Shown here piece by piece: positions 63,811 through 64,000 of a stretch of DNA of 64,000 bases. The stretch lies in NCBI GenBank assembly GCA_040954595.2, contig CM082579.2:7615625-7679624 (forward strand), given 5' to 3'. The number at the start of each line of letters is the position of its first letter. The first letter of the stretch is position 1. A program made the position numbers and the translations under genes. The notes beneath the pieces were generated by a model. That model had not been told where the DNA came from and did no database searches. It worked only from the letters and a program-made list of their open reading frames with translations. This DNA comes from Balanoglossus misakiensis (taxonomy: Eukaryota; Animalia; Hemichordata).

Positions 63811-64000
63811 AACACTGGTATGGCGACCAGGCTACGCAATCACAGAGTAAGAAACCATTCAACTTGTCTCAAAATGAATCTGAAATCGACTCTGAGGGCG
63901 CTTGCACCAGGTCAGAGGTCAGCAATATTCAATATGTCTGCCACCATCTCGTAAAACGTGGGATTTGTAACGACGTTTAGGAAGAGCGGAATATTGCGGA

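Overview
This is eukaryotic (animal) genomic DNA, AT-rich with spliceosomal introns. The gene content and repeat style suggest an invertebrate deuterostome such as a hemichordate, but that is a tentative guess. Three spliced genes can be assembled by hand, and most of their exons are invisible to the ORF track. (1) The 5' end of a CBP/p300 (CREBBP-like) gene on the minus strand: ATG at 925, exon 2 running off the left edge. (2) A complete 14-exon NPAT gene on the plus strand, 4897..12630, about 1325 aa. (3) A complete 3-coding-exon adenylyl cyclase type 9 (ADCY9) gene on the plus strand, 18965..60050, 1255 aa, with a 37-kb first coding intron. Main points of interest are the CBP-ADCY9 microsynteny shared with human 16p13.3, NPAT head-to-head with CBP instead of ATM, and an AC9 with forskolin-permissive pocket residues and no C2b tail. 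Smaller features include a 40-aa tandem repeat in NPAT, a perfect 24-bp intronic hairpin, recurrent CTCF-like motifs and several MITE/HINE-like relics. No prokaryotic-type system (CRISPR, operon, IS) is supported.
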